This document shows, piece by piece, positions 48,847 to 61,719 of a DNA stretch of 64,000 nucleotides. Below the pieces are notes generated by a model. The model searched no databases. It was given only the letters and a program-made list of their open reading frames with translations, and had not been told where the DNA came from. Source of the stretch: Octopus sinensis (lineage: Eukaryota); the NCBI RefSeq assembly GCF_006345805.1, contig NC_043014.1, forward strand, positions 13,206,001 to 13,270,000. Reading direction: 5' to 3'. Position 1 is the stretch's first letter. Every line of letters starts with the position of its first letter. The position numbers were made by a program, and so were the translations under genes.

Positions 48847-49815
48847 CATTATTAAGGTGGTGAGCTGGCAGAGTCGTTACCACACTGCATGTTATGCTTA
48901 TTGGTTATTTCACCCGTCACTACATTCTGAGTTCAAACTCCACCAAGAACACATTTATAAAGCTGATACAAAGTGCAACATCTGTTTCCTCATGCTGGAA
49001 TAAGTTGTTTATCATCGAAAATTTGTTTTTGAAAAGAAGTCTAATAAAAGGAAACGTTTAATTAGTCACCACTTATGCATTATACTGAGTAACTAAATAA
49101 AATATTTTGTTTTTGTCTTTGGTTAGTAAGAGTTATTTCCTATTTGCTTCTTTCTAGAAATCAAAGGAAATGACTTCTATTCCCTCCAAACTTTTGCTTA
49201 TGTGACCTGGACATCAATGTTATGAAACTGACCTATTTTCCATTAAATTTCTGACAGATTCAACGTTGAGTTGCTGAAGCAGAAATACCACTAAAACAAA
49301 TTTTCTGCTCAATACCACTTTGCTTTTCATCCTTTTGGCGGGGTTGATATATTAAGTACCAGTGAAATTCTGGTGTTGATTTAATCAACAAGTCTCTTCC
49401 CTCAAAACTTCTAATTATTATATCATTATTATTGTTATTGTTATTAAGGCAGCAAGCTGGCAGAATGATTAGCACGCTAGGCGAAATTCTTAGTGGTATT
49501 TCGTCCATCTTTACATTCTCAGTTCAAATTTTGCCGAGGTCAACTTTGCCTTCCATTTTTTCAGAGTTGATAAATTATATACCAATGCAACACTGGGGTT
49601 GATGTAATTAACTTGTCCCCTCCCCCAAAATTTCAGGCCTTGTGCCTTTAGTAGAAAGGATTGTTATTTGTTGTTGTTGTTGTTGCTGTTGTATGTTGCT
49701 TTTTGGTGTTGTTATTAAGGCAGTGAGCTGACGGAATTGTTAGCATGCCATCTTATCTGTCTTTACGTTCCAAGTTCAAATTCTGCGGAGGTCAACTTTG
49801 CTTTTCGTCCTTTAG
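47440..49815 (+). mobile_element. Cluster of same-orientation SINE family C copies
   Basis: Copies at about 47440, 47675, 47940, 48125, 48855, 49445 and 49715. Confidence 0.8.
48383..48772 (-). mobile_element. 3' end of an RLE-type (R4/Dong-like) non-LTR retrotransposon
   Basis: SKYKDLEIEIGKMWNLKTKTILIVIG..QIPGNPEMAEIQKIVLMGTAHML (one frameshift), then 3' UTR and a (TAA)n tail. Confidence 0.75.
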
Positions 49816-49830
49816 GGGAGGGAGGGGAGG

Positions 49831-49980
49831 GGAGAAATGGGGAGGGGGGAGAAATGGGGAAAGGAGAGGAGAAATGGGGAAGGGAGAGGAGAAATGAGGA
49901 AGGGAGAGGAGAAATGGGGAAGGGAGAGGAGAAATGAGGAAGGGAGAGGAGAAATGGGGAAGGGAGAGGAGAAATGGGGA
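49831..49980 (+). repeat. 20-bp purine-rich minisatellite GAAATGGGGAAGGGAGAGGA, ~7-8 units
   Basis: Direct reading. Confidence 0.9.
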
Positions 49981-50829
49981 GGGGATATAGGGAGAGTGGT
50001 TGAGATAGAGGAGGAGGAGGGTGGGAGGAGGAAGGGGAGAAGGGGAGGGAGAGGGGGAGGAGGAAGAGAAGGGGAGAAGGAAGAGGAGGAGCAGCAACAG
50101 CAAAGGGGAGGGAGAGGTGGTAGTGACTGGAATGTGTAATTTTTGTTTTTTAACTAAGTTTTTTTTTCCTCTGTTACTTAGCCCATATGTAATATTTTCA
50201 AGTGATTAGTTGAAGGGAAAAGCAAAGAGTGAAAGGAAAAGGAGAGAGAAAAAAAAACATAGTAAGGTGATGAGGGAGAGAAACAGAGGGAGAATGCTGT
50301 GTATTAAGTCTATAAAATTGTACATAAAATATATAAAGTGCAAATATAAAGTGCATTTAGAAGTCATCATTGTATTCCAATTTCCTTCACTTTTCAATGA
50401 TTAACAGATGAGGGACTATCTTTTGATACAGACACAACACAGGCTACGCTTTCAAGTTTTTTGGATAAACTTTTCAGAAATAACCCAATACATTTACCTT
50501 TAATTCCTTGAAATATTCATGGGTTCTACTGGTTATTATTACTATTTTTATTCTATTTTTCCTTATCTAAATTTGCTTATTGTCTTTGCCCTAGAAAAAT
50601 TATTGCTTAATTTCCATAAGCAAGGAGCAGGAAGATTTCATACCATTTCATACCAATATCTATAATATTAGTCATAAGTGTTTCTTAGTAATGGTGGTCA
50701 TTATCTAAATCACTTGTCACAATTACTCCAGTAATTGCAGCTCATGTAATCAACACTGCATGCTTCATTTGGCTGTGTGGTTAAAAGGTTTGTTTTGGAA
50801 CCAGGCGAATTTAGGCTTGATCTCACTGT

Positions 50830-51780
50830 GTGGTGACTTGGAATGCTCCATTGAAATAGTCAATAGCTTCTGTTACCTAGGTAACAGGATGACTCCTGGA
50901 GGAAGGGGATCTGAAAGCATAGTTGCCAAATTAAAAATAGGGCAGAAGAAAATTCAGGAAGATATTACTTCTGATGATAACAAGGGGATTCTCTGGTTTG
51001 TTAACCATGGGGCTGCATGTTATTGGTGTTAGTGAGATGTAGGCACTGAATTCAGAAGATGAGCAAAGACTGGAGAGAAATTTAGCAGAGAGTGGCTGTG
51101 TGGTAAGTAGCTTGTTTACCAACCACATGGTTCCGGGTTCAGTCCCAATGCATGGCACCTTGGGGAAGTGTCTTCTACTATAACCTCAGGCCGACCAAAG
51201 CTTTGTGAGTGGATTTGGTAGACGGAAACTGAAAGAAGCCCATCGTATATATGTATATATATATATATATGTGTGTGTGTGTTTGTGTGTCTGTGTTTGT
51301 CCCCCTAGCATTGCTTGACAACCGATGCTGGTGTGTTTATGTCCCCGTTACTTAGCGGTTCGGCAAAAGAGACCGATAGAATAAGTACTGGGCTTACAAA
51401 AGAATAAGTTCCGGGGTCGAGTTGCTCGATTAAAGGCAGTGCTCCAGCATGGCCACAGTCAAATGACTGAAACAAGTAAAAGAAAAAAATGTTTTGTTGG
51501 ATGTGTACTATTAGTATGTATGAACAACATGGTACAAATAAACTGCGAAATGAACTGTGTGTGAATGTATTCAGATGTAGTGTACAGGAGAGACGACTAT
51601 GTTGGTATGGACATTGTAATACATATGGATTGATAACAGATGGGTAAAGTATTATCAGGATATTCAAGAGGAAGAAAACTGTGGAAGAGGAGGACCAAGT
51701 AAAACATAGATGATATAAGTGGTGAAAGCTGATCTAATATATTCAAATGTTCCTTTCAAATATCTAGCCATGGCCTGTAG
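50830..51780 (+). pseudogene. Ancient RTE fragment (copy 4) interrupted by a SINE A
   Basis: IEIVNSFCYLG..SESIVAK at 50840-50935; IRCSVQERRLCWYGH and CGRGGPSKT at 51575-51710. Confidence 0.7.
51090..51484 (+). mobile_element. SINE family A
   Basis: Full-length match. Confidence 0.9.
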
Positions 51781-52290
51781 TTAATTAACGCCCCACACCA
51801 CCACCACCATCTCCCAAACATTTCTGGCTTGATTATTATTATCAATATTATCATTCTGTTATTTTTCCTTATTGAAATTCTTTTATTATCTTTAGCCTGG
51901 AAAGATTAGTGTCTAGTTTCTTTAAGCGAGGACTGAGAGATTTCATGCCATTATCTATATTATAATTCATAAGTACACTCTCGGTCACGATGTTCGTTAT
52001 CTAAATCACATGTCACAATTACTCCATCAACTGCAATTCGAGTTATCAACACTGCAAGTTTTATTTGGCTATGTGGTTAAGAGGTTTGTTTTGGAACCTG
52101 GTGGTTTCAGGTTTGATCCCACTGTGTTATACTCTAGGTATAGTAAAACTGCCTTTTACTATAACTTTTATAGGTAAAAGCTTTCGAGGATATAAAGGTA
52201 TAAAATTAATAAAAACACAAATGGACTCTAGCCTGGCATCTGAACTGTAAAATTAGTGCTTGATCTAACTCCCTTATTTTTTCTTCTTTT

Positions 52291-52673
52291 AGGCGCAGGA
52301 GTGGCTGTGTGGTAAGTAGCTTGCTCACCAACCACATGGTTCTGGGCTCAGTCCCACTGCATGGCACCTTGGGCAAGTGCCTTCTACTATAGCCTCGAGC
52401 CGGCCAAAGCCTTGTGAGAGGATTTGGTAGACAGAAACTGAAAGAAGCCCGTCATATATATATATATGCGTGTGTGTTTGTGTGTGTGTGTTTGTCCCCC
52501 TAGTATTGCTTGACAACCGATGCTGGTGTGTTTATGTCCCCATCACTTAGCGGTTCGGCAAAAGAGACTGATAGAATAAGTACTGAGCTTACAAAGAATA
52601 AATCCCGGGGTCGAGTTGTTCGATTAAAGGTGGTGCTCCAGAATGGCCGCAGTCAAATGACTGAAACAAGTAA

Positions 52674-52750
<77 letters not shown>
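52291..52750 (+). mobile_element. SINE family A with (GA)n tail
   Basis: Full-length match; tail runs into (GA)n at 52676-52750. Confidence 0.9.
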
Positions 52751-52752
<2 letters not shown>

Positions 52753-53027
52753 AAGAGAACTGAAAACTGCAAATAACCTTGTTATTGTAGCTGAGGATGA
52801 ACTAGTTTCATTTATTTAGAAGAGGTATGTTTGGAAGTATGATTTCTATTGCTTCTTGATTATATAAACAGCATGCCCTCAATCACCTGTGTATGTAAAT
52901 GTGAATTTTACAATGCTTTAGTTTAAGCTATACTCATTGCTTAAATTTTTTAATTGCCACACATATTCAGTGAAAGAAGTTGAGTTCACAAATTTGGATT
53001 CATACATATATATATACATATATATAA

Positions 53028-53059
<32 letters not shown>

Positions 53060-53107
53060 AATGTATGTATGTATGTATATCTATATATCTATCTATCTAT
53101 CTATCTA

Positions 53108-53138
<31 letters not shown>

Positions 53139-53180
53139 GTATATATATCTATCTATCTATATATATATATATTATATATA

Positions 53181-53586
53181 TCTGTGTGGTAAGTAGCTTG
53201 CTAACCAACCACATGGTTCCGGGTTCAGTCCCACTGCGTGGCATCTTGGGCAAGTGTCTTCTACTATAGCCTCGGGCCGACCAAAGCCTTGTGAGTGGAT
53301 TTGGTAAACGGAAACTGAAAAAGCCCGTCGTATATATGTATATATATATAAGTGTGTGTGTATATGTTCGTGTGTCTGTGTTTGTCCCCCTAGCATTGCT
53401 TGACAATCGATGCTGGTGTGTTTACGTCCCCGTCACTTAGCGGTTCGGCAAAAAGAGACCGATAGAATGAGTACTGGGCTTACAAAGAATAAGTCCCGGG
53501 GTCGATTTGCTCGACTAAAGGCGGTGCTCCAGCATGGCCGCAGTCAAATGACTGAAACAAGTAAAAGAGTAAAAGAGAGTAAAGAG
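53181..53586 (+). mobile_element. SINE family A
   Basis: Near full-length match. Confidence 0.9.
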
Positions 53587-53638
53587 TATATATATATATG
53601 ATGATGATGATGATGATATATATATATATGTATGTCTG

Positions 53639-53700
<62 letters not shown>

Positions 53701-53863
53701 AATAAAGGTTACAAACCTCGTTAAGGGATAGCAAAATCTTATGAAAATACTGGTTAGTTACCTATACAAAGTATATTGAACATAACAGTTAATACTCAAC
53801 TGCAAGGTAACTATATAAACCGTGGTTTATATATATCTATTAATTAAACAATTGACAAACATC

Positions 53864-53946
53864 CCTTACAGCTGTTTCAATTCAAGACCTTCAGAAAATA
53901 AATTAATAAAACTAAAAATTATTTGAAAGTCGAATCCCGTCAGAGG
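53864..53946 (-). ncRNA. Hammerhead-like motif with A9G core and long stem II
   Basis: CCU-CUGACGG-GAUUCGA..UUGAAUU-GAA-ACAGCUGU-A-AGG. Confidence 0.45.
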
Positions 53947-54162
53947 TAGTTTAAGATATACAAAATTAGTTGTTCAATTCCTACATGTTGAGTAAATGGC
54001 TGCAAAATGTTAACTGATAAAATTTATGCATAAAGAACATAGTATAAAACATGGTATAGACCTTAGAAAGGAGAGGAAGGTTGTTTATATTGGAGGTGTA
54101 AAGTAAGAATAGATTGATATATTCATCAAGGGCGTTTAGTATAGGAAAATCTGAAGTAGATA

Positions 54163-54555
54163 TCTTTATATATAAAAGTAAGGTTGTGTGTCTGTCTACT
54201 CCGATTTAGATTCCTAACTACTCCCACATTTTGCGGTGCAGTTTAACCAAAACCGGGTATCTTATAGTCGTGAGTCATATCAAGCCCTTCTGGGTATTAG
54301 CGCGCGTCTATAATGAGTCTACGATTTTTAAAATAATTTACCATCATTTTTTTCCATATTAATGCATATTTTTTTAAATATAAGGGAAGTAACTCTCTAA
54401 AAATGTCTACGATGAGTCAACGATTTTTAAAAAATTTACCATCATATTTTTCCATTTTTAATGCATTTTTTTGCTATTTTTTGGCTATAACTCTCTAAAA
54501 ATGCTTTATAGTTATTTCCCTTACAAACCCGAGCAACGCCGGGCGATACTGCTAG
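54163..54555 (+). mobile_element. Non-autonomous Helitron, family HelA
   Basis: A|TC...CCCGAGCAACGCCGGG..CTAG|T. Confidence 0.88.
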
Positions 54556-55099
54556 TATTTGTATAAATGTCATATTTTGTGATATTATGTCCATCCATAT
54601 CAAAGCAATAGAAAATTAGTATGTAGAGTTTAATTCAAATGGGAATAGTTATTATTAATATTTATCTAAGGTGGCAGACATTCTAGGCAATCTATTATTT
54701 ATTGTAAATATCAAAAGGGTTAAAAGACTTATAAAGATATATTAACTTAATGCTAAGTGTACATAAATTTTTTTTAGATAAAATCAAGAATAAAATAAAA
54801 TAAATAAAACAAAATAGAGTAAAAAGTAAAAATAGATTGAGTAAAAATAAATAAAAGAATAAAGACTTACAAAATATAGCTTTTCACCCCTTAAAAAAAT
54901 ATATTATTGAGCTAGACTAATAAAGATAAGGAACTATTGAACAAAAATTTTTTAATAAATAAATAAGAATTAAAAGGAAAAAAATATATGCTTATAAAAG
55001 TAATAATAAGGGCTTAAATATGGGTCAGTTCAACAAGATTAATTAAAACTTAATAAAATCATTTAAACAGTTAAATGCCCTCAAAACTGGAAGTAAGTA

Positions 55100-55620
55100 C
55101 TTAATATACTTTCTCTCCCACCCTTCCTTATTTTTCTCTCTTCACCATTCCCACTCTCTCACTCCTTCTCCTTGACTCTTCCGTCACTGACATGTGACGA
55201 AAGAGAATCTATCTTTCTGTCCACTACCTTCATAAAGATTAAACATGCTTTTACTGTCTCCTTCATAAGCTTATCTTCCTAGCGTTCGTAATAATTTTTC
55301 TATCGTCTTGGCTTAACAGCCCTCACCGTTTGTTTTTATTGTTTTGTTCTCATTGTCCTGTTCTTGTTACCACTTTCACCCTCCGCAAAAAATACCAAAT
55401 TTGATTTAATTTGCTTTGCGGGAAGGACTGTTTCAACGAAATCGTGTCTTGTCCTTGCCTTCGAAATGCGGAGTAGATGAAGCAGGGACAACTGAAGAAG
55501 GGGAATATTCTTTATGTTGTATGTCCCGTTTCTCTATTTGTTTTTTTTATTGTTTGAAAAAAGTTTGTTTCTATGTTTTGTTTTCATAGTTTCGTTTCTC
55601 ATTGTGTTCAATGTTTTTTG
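55100..55620 (+). mobile_element. Probable Penelope-like terminal remnant
   Basis: Pyrimidine-rich lead-in and an orphan AGGGACAA-CTGAAGAAGGGG half-hammerhead near 55485; assignment is inference. Confidence 0.35.
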
Positions 55621-56197
55621 ATGTCCTGTAGCCATATATGCATGTATAAATACATATATATATATGTAGGTATGTACATATATGTATGTATATATGCATA
55701 TATTTATATATTATTTATATTATTATATGATCAAATGCCACACATCCTTTTCCAAGTAGGTTTTACTTAATATGGAGGTGAAGAGCTTAAGAACAGATGG
55801 GAATAATCTAAATTATGGACATACCAAAGTGAAACCAGGTAGAAATAAATATGTATTTCTTACAGTGAATTAGAAAATAGCTTCAGGTTTGGTTCATATA
55901 GTGCCATTAATATAGAGGTGAAGAGGTGAAGAGCTAATGAAAAACTAGGAACAATCTAAATTAGGGACATACAAAAAATGAGACCCAGTAAATGTAAGCA
56001 TATATATTTTACGGTGAATTAGAAAATAGCTTAAATGTGTGGTTCTTATAGTGTAATTCAATATTAAATCAAATGATATTTATTATTATCATAATATTTA
56101 TTATTATCAGCTAGATGGTATATCTAACCATCTAGCTGATGGTTAGATATACCTTCATGCAAGGAGATAAAAAAAAACATAAAAAATTATTGTACAT

Positions 56198-56390
56198 AGG
56201 TGCAGGAGTGGCTGTGCGGTAAGTAGCCTGCTTACGAACCACATGGTTCTGGGTTCAGTCCCACTGTGTGGCACCTTGGGCAAATGTCTTCTACTATAGC
56301 CTCAGGCCAACCAAAGCCTTGCGAGTGGATTTGGTAGACGGAAACTGAAAGAAGCCCAACGTATATATGTATATGTATATATATGTGTGT

Positions 56391-56422
<32 letters not shown>

Positions 56423-56637
56423 TTTGTGTGTCTGTGTTTGTCCCCACCAACATCGCTTGATAACCGATTCTGGTGTGTTTACGTCCTCGTAACTTAGTGG
56501 TTTGGCAAAGAGACCAATAGAATAAGTACTAGGCTTACAAAGAATAAGTTCTGGGGTCGATTTGCTCGACTAAAGGTGGTGCTCCAGCATGGCTGCAATC
56601 AAATGACTGAAATAGGTAAAAGAGAGTAAAAGAGAGA
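56198..56637 (+). mobile_element. SINE family A
   Basis: Full-length match. Confidence 0.9.
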
Positions 56638-56913
56638 ATATGAGATAGCAATACGTAGAAAGTGAGAGAGAAGGGGATACAGAAGAATCATAAAAAGAAT
56701 TAATATGCTTGGGATATAGAAAATCAATAGAAAAGCAGTCAAGGGGTTGGGGTAATAGATAAGTTAGTAGAAAACAAACAAATAAATAATAAAAAAGGGG
56801 CTAGGTAAATAATATGCAAATTAGAGTCATAGGAGATAAGTGCAAGGTAGGAAGTAAAAATTATGCTAAATAATAAGTTAAGTAGGTTTTTAACTAAATA
56901 TATTGAAGCAATC

Positions 56914-57133
56914 AAAGGTGGCGAGCTGGCAGAACTGTTAGCATGCTGGGCGAAATGCGTAGCCATATTTCGTCTGCTGTTACATTCTGAGTTCAAATTC
57001 CGCCAAGGTCGACTTTGCATTTCATCCTTTCGGGGTCAATAAATTAAGTACCAGTTACGCACTGGGGTCAATGTAATCGACTTAATCCGTTTGTCTGTCC
57101 TTGTTTGTCCCCTCTTGTGTGTAATAAAGAAAC
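56914..57133 (+). mobile_element. SINE family C
   Basis: Family match. Confidence 0.85.
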
Positions 57134-57270
57134 AAATATTGAAGCAATCAACCAAGAGATAGGAAAAAAACTATAAACTATGAATTATTTAATTAATTAA
57201 AGGCTGGAAGATAAAGGAAATAATAGTGCTTTAGGAGATGGGTAAAAGTAAACTGTAATTAGCGTATGGA

Positions 57271-57509
57271 CAGGGTGTTCAAAAAGTCTCTCCGCAGTAA
57301 GTCTTTTATTGCAAAATAAATATTTCTAAGATGGTATAAGACTAGAAAAGAATATATTAGACTTTACAAGACTTTAAAAAAATTTTATAAGGAGGTGTTG
57401 AAAGTGTCGTCTTTTATTTTCAATACATAAAATTTAATTTCTTTTTTACTGCCGTGTGAGCACTTCCTAGGCTGAGACTTACTGGCAGAGAGACTTTATG
57501 AACACCTGG
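57271..57509. mobile_element. Tc1/mariner-type MITE
   Basis: CAGGGTGTTCAAAAAGTCTCTCCGCAGTAAG / CTTACTGGCAGAGAGACTTTATGAACACCTG imperfect TIRs. Confidence 0.65.
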
Positions 57510-57789
57510 TAAATACAGGTGGAAATAGGACCAAATATGGAAAATCAATAGAAAAAAAACAGTCAAGGGAGGTAATAGATAAGTTACTAGAAAGCAAAAT
57601 AAATAAGTAATAAAGTGACAGTGGGGGGAATATAAAAAGCGTGCAGATTAAAGTTTTAAGAGAGGTGTGCAAGGTATGAAGTGAAAATACTATACTAAAT
57701 AATAAGTTAATTGGATTTTTAACTAAAAAATATTAAAGCATTCTACCAAGAATAGGAAAAAAACTAAAGAGAGTAAAATATTTAATTAA

Positions 57790-58011
57790 CCCTTTCGTTA
57801 GTGTATTTATTTTGAGATGCTCTGCGTTTCTCTCAATTACTTTGAATATAACAAAGAATTTAGTAAAATAACTTAGTTATCATTCAGCTAGTGTTAGGAA
57901 CATAAATTGTGACTAAGGTTTGGTAGAATATTTTAATTAAAACCTTAATGAAAACAAGACATTTGTACAACAGAGCCAGAGCTGGTTTCAGCTGGGTTGG
58001 TAGCGAAAGGG
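57790..58011. mobile_element. piggyBac-like MITE
   Basis: TTAA|CCCTTTCG...CGAAAGGG|TTAA. Confidence 0.75.
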
Positions 58012-58317
58012 TTAATTAAAAGCTGGAAGATAGAGGGAATAATAGTGAGTGTATTAGGAGGCAGGTACAAGTAAACTGTAATTATAGGTATAAATTTATA
58101 GGTGGAGATAGAACCAAATATAGTTTAAATAGTAAAGCTAAGTAATCAAAGAATAATTAAAAGGATTAGTCGTAAAAATATAGATATGAATAAATAAATA
58201 TACATGGTAAGAAATAAATATAATAGGGGAACAATAAATTTAGAGTATTATGAGATACAGGCAAGATATATCCTGTAAACATAGTATATATACATAATAA
58301 ATATGGAGTTATAATTA

Positions 58318-59587
58318 CGAGGGGCGTTCAATAAGTAATGCCCCTGACCCACTTGCATTTGTTTGATCTAGCTGAAATTTTGCATGTGCACTTATTTATA
58401 CCTCTATAGATTAAGTGGCGAATTACAGCTCTGAACTAATTGTGGTTTCTGATTTACAGGTGTTTGAACTGAGTCAAGTGTGAAATGGAGCCTGTTGAGT
58501 GTCGAGCAGTGATCTGGTTTTTGTATTTGAAAGGACGCACACAACGGGAGACTTTTGATGAAATGAAAGTAACTTATGGTGATGATGCCCCATCATATGA
58601 CCTTGTAAAACGCTGGCATTGTGAATTCAAACATAGTCGGAACTCTGTGGAAACAGCTCCCAGATCTGGTTGCCCCCTTCTGCCGTTGATGAGACGTCTG
58701 TCCGTCAAGTTGAGGCTGCCATTTTGGAAGGTCAACGCATAACTATTCGCCAAATAGCCCATAAGGTCAAGATTAGTACCGGGTCTGTGGAAACTATCAT
58801 TCATGACCATTTGCATATGCAAAAGGTGTCTGCCAGATGGATTTCCAGGTTGCTCACACCTTTCCAGAAGCAAGAACGCGTTGAGTGCTCGAGGATGAAT
58901 TTGGAGATGTGCCAAGAAGATGAGTCAAAATTTTTCAAAAGACTGATCACACAGGATAAAACCTGGGTCCATCACTATGATCCATAGACCAAAGCCCAGT
59001 CAATGCAGTGAAAGCACCGTGACTCACCTCCTCCAAAGAAGGCAAGGGTGCAGCCCTCCGCTGACAAGATTATGCTCACAGTCTTCTGGGACCAGGACGG
59101 AGTAGTGATGACAGATTTCCTGACAAAGGGTACCACAATTACAGGAGCCTATTATGCTTCACTTTTGAGGAAATTAAGAGAAACTATCAAAATCAAGAGG
59201 CGGGGCAAGATCAGCAAAGGCATCCTCCTCCTGCAGGACAACGCTCCGGTCCACAACTCGCGTGTCGCCAGATCAGAAGCACAGGCGTGCAGCTATGAAC
59301 TCCTCCCCTTGCACCCTCTGATTTTCACCTCTTCCCAGCCATGAAGTTGATTTTGAAAGGAAAGCGTTTCCCAGATGATGCAGCCTTGATTTCTGAAGTC
59401 ACGTCGTGGTTGGAGGACCAAGCTGGGGTCTTCTACAAAAACGGTCTCCAGACCTGTATCAAACGATGGGAGAAATGCATAACTCTGGGTAGTTCCTATG
59501 TAGGAAAAGACAAATAACTGTGCCAAGTGTCGTTGCTCTACTGCTATGGGAAGTGGGTCAGGGGCATTACTTATTGAACGCCCCTCG
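58318..59587 (+). mobile_element. Full-length mariner (irritans-like) with a disrupted transposase
   Basis: Perfect 37-bp TIR CGAGGGGCGTTCAATAAGTAATGCCCCTGACCCACTT and TA TSDs; ATG at 58485; ITQDKTW and LLQDNA motifs; stops, frameshifts and loss of the YSPD stretch before LAPSDF. Confidence 0.93.
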
Positions 59588-60579
59588 TATATAGTTATTA
59601 AATGAATAAGCCAAGCAATATGAATAAGAAAAGGTAAATGTATAAATACAGATATAAATAAACGTATGTACATGGTAAGGTTTAAATATAATGGGGGAAC
59701 CATAAAGGGCTAAATACAGTATAGTGTGAGAGAAAGGGGTAAATAAGTTGTTAAACAATTTAAACATGCATGTAAGTATAAAGAATAAGAATAACTTTTT
59801 AAAAAATAACTAAAAATTACTATATCCATGTATTAAATTTAAAATTACATATTTGGTCTTGTATATAGGAGAGACATTGCTTTCATCTTGAAAAAAGGGT
59901 AAAAATATAAATGCAGATATAGATGAAAATATATATAAAAACATATATATAAAATATATATATATATAAATATACAAAATATTCTGCTTGCATTGCTTCC
60001 ATTCAAATTCAGAAGTGATATGTAAATATATATACATGGTAAAGATTAAATATAAAATGGGAACCTTTAAGAGGGGTAAGTAAAGTGTTAATAATTTAAG
60101 CAAGCATGTTAGTATAAGGAATAAGAATAGCTATATAATATTTTATCTATATTTTGAAAATATAAATTTGGTCATGTGTATGCAAGAGACATTGCACTCA
60201 TCTCTGAGGTTAAGAATAGGGAATTTTTCAGAGAGAATATAAAATTTTTCATTTAAGCATAAAAGACATTTTTTCGTATTAATTTGATAAGAAGGTGCTG
60301 AGGCAATTATTTCCCATTTCAAATCAAACTGTATGTTTCTATCTTTTAACTCCCAAACAAATTTACTTAGTCCTGTAGAGTTAGATTTATGTTTATTATG
60401 AAAGTATAGAGATGAGTGGCAATACGTTTTTTAACCACATTTTGTGTAGAACCGATGTAAGAATTTAAGTGTTTTACCCCACTGGCTGATCACTGCTGAA
60501 GAATTGGTGACCTTCTGTGTTTTCTGTCTGCCAGTGTATTTAGTATATGTTCATTTGTTTATTTACTACAAGTTTTTAA

Positions 60580-60618
<39 letters not shown>

Positions 60619-61235
60619 GGTACGTCATGTTTTCCGTTTGTTGTCTTTTTATTTAATCCAGAAAATACATATATACAATAAAGAGAAGAAAATGGAGAGT
60701 TAATGGTTAATAATTAATTTATTAACATATTGATAATCATTCCTACAATTGTTTCAGTTTATACTCAATTAATAAATTACAAATTTATGCAATAAATATA
60801 CATTTATAAGCTGTGAGCAAAATATCATCAAGGAAATATTAGACATGGTGAACAATTTGTTCTTTCCAACTGTCTGTTGGAAAAAAAAATATTTCCCTGA
60901 TGATATAAATGCAGTATAAATTATATGTTCAATATATACCTATTTATTTCAAGGAAATTTTTTACCAATAATATAATGTATAAAACCAGTGTAATCTTGG
61001 ATGTTATCCTCCCTTTAAGAGCTTAATATATCCACACATTAACACACACACACACATACACACATATATATATATATATACATACATACATAAAATACAA
61101 AATGGGACAACAAAACATCCAGATAGACGATACAAAGAAAACAAGTACGGGTCATTCGAAGTTTTGTTTCCTCGGTCGAGTACCAGATTATCTTTGCAAT
61201 TTCAGCTGTTTCTCTCCTTGTTTTTTTCTGTGTCC

Positions 61236-61271
61236 CTTTCTGTAGAAGAGCGTAGGCTCGAAATGTAAAAG
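61236..61271 (+). ncRNA. Minimal hammerhead-like motif with a CUGUAGA core (family H, 61205-61365)
   Basis: CUUU-CUGUAGA-A-GAGC GUAG GCUC-GAA-AUGU-A-AAAG; same family as 38938-38975. Confidence 0.5.
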
Positions 61272-61357
61272 ACTTTTTCTATTCCTGAGTGTTATACTAA
61301 TACATCTGTTTGTTTTGTACACCACCTGTCTTCGTCTTTTGTTTTTTCGTAAACTCT

Positions 61358-61416
<59 letters not shown>

Positions 61417-61719
61417 CACATATACAGATGAACATATTTATATCTATGCCTGTATCTTTCTATTTATATCTGCACACACACACACATATTGATTGTGAAA
61501 ACAAAAATGTGAGGTAGATAGAAATAACGTAAAAATGTTATTTCTAACCTGAATGATTGGAATGTTATGCTTCAATACTTGTATTGAATCACTGATGTAA
61601 GAGGAATTTGAGTGTTAGGTATAAGACGGTGGGGGTGGTGGGGATTATTGGAAGAATTTCTGAATGTCTAGCAGAAAGCAGTAGACCGTTTGTTTTTACC
61701 TGTTTTTAAAATTTATTTT

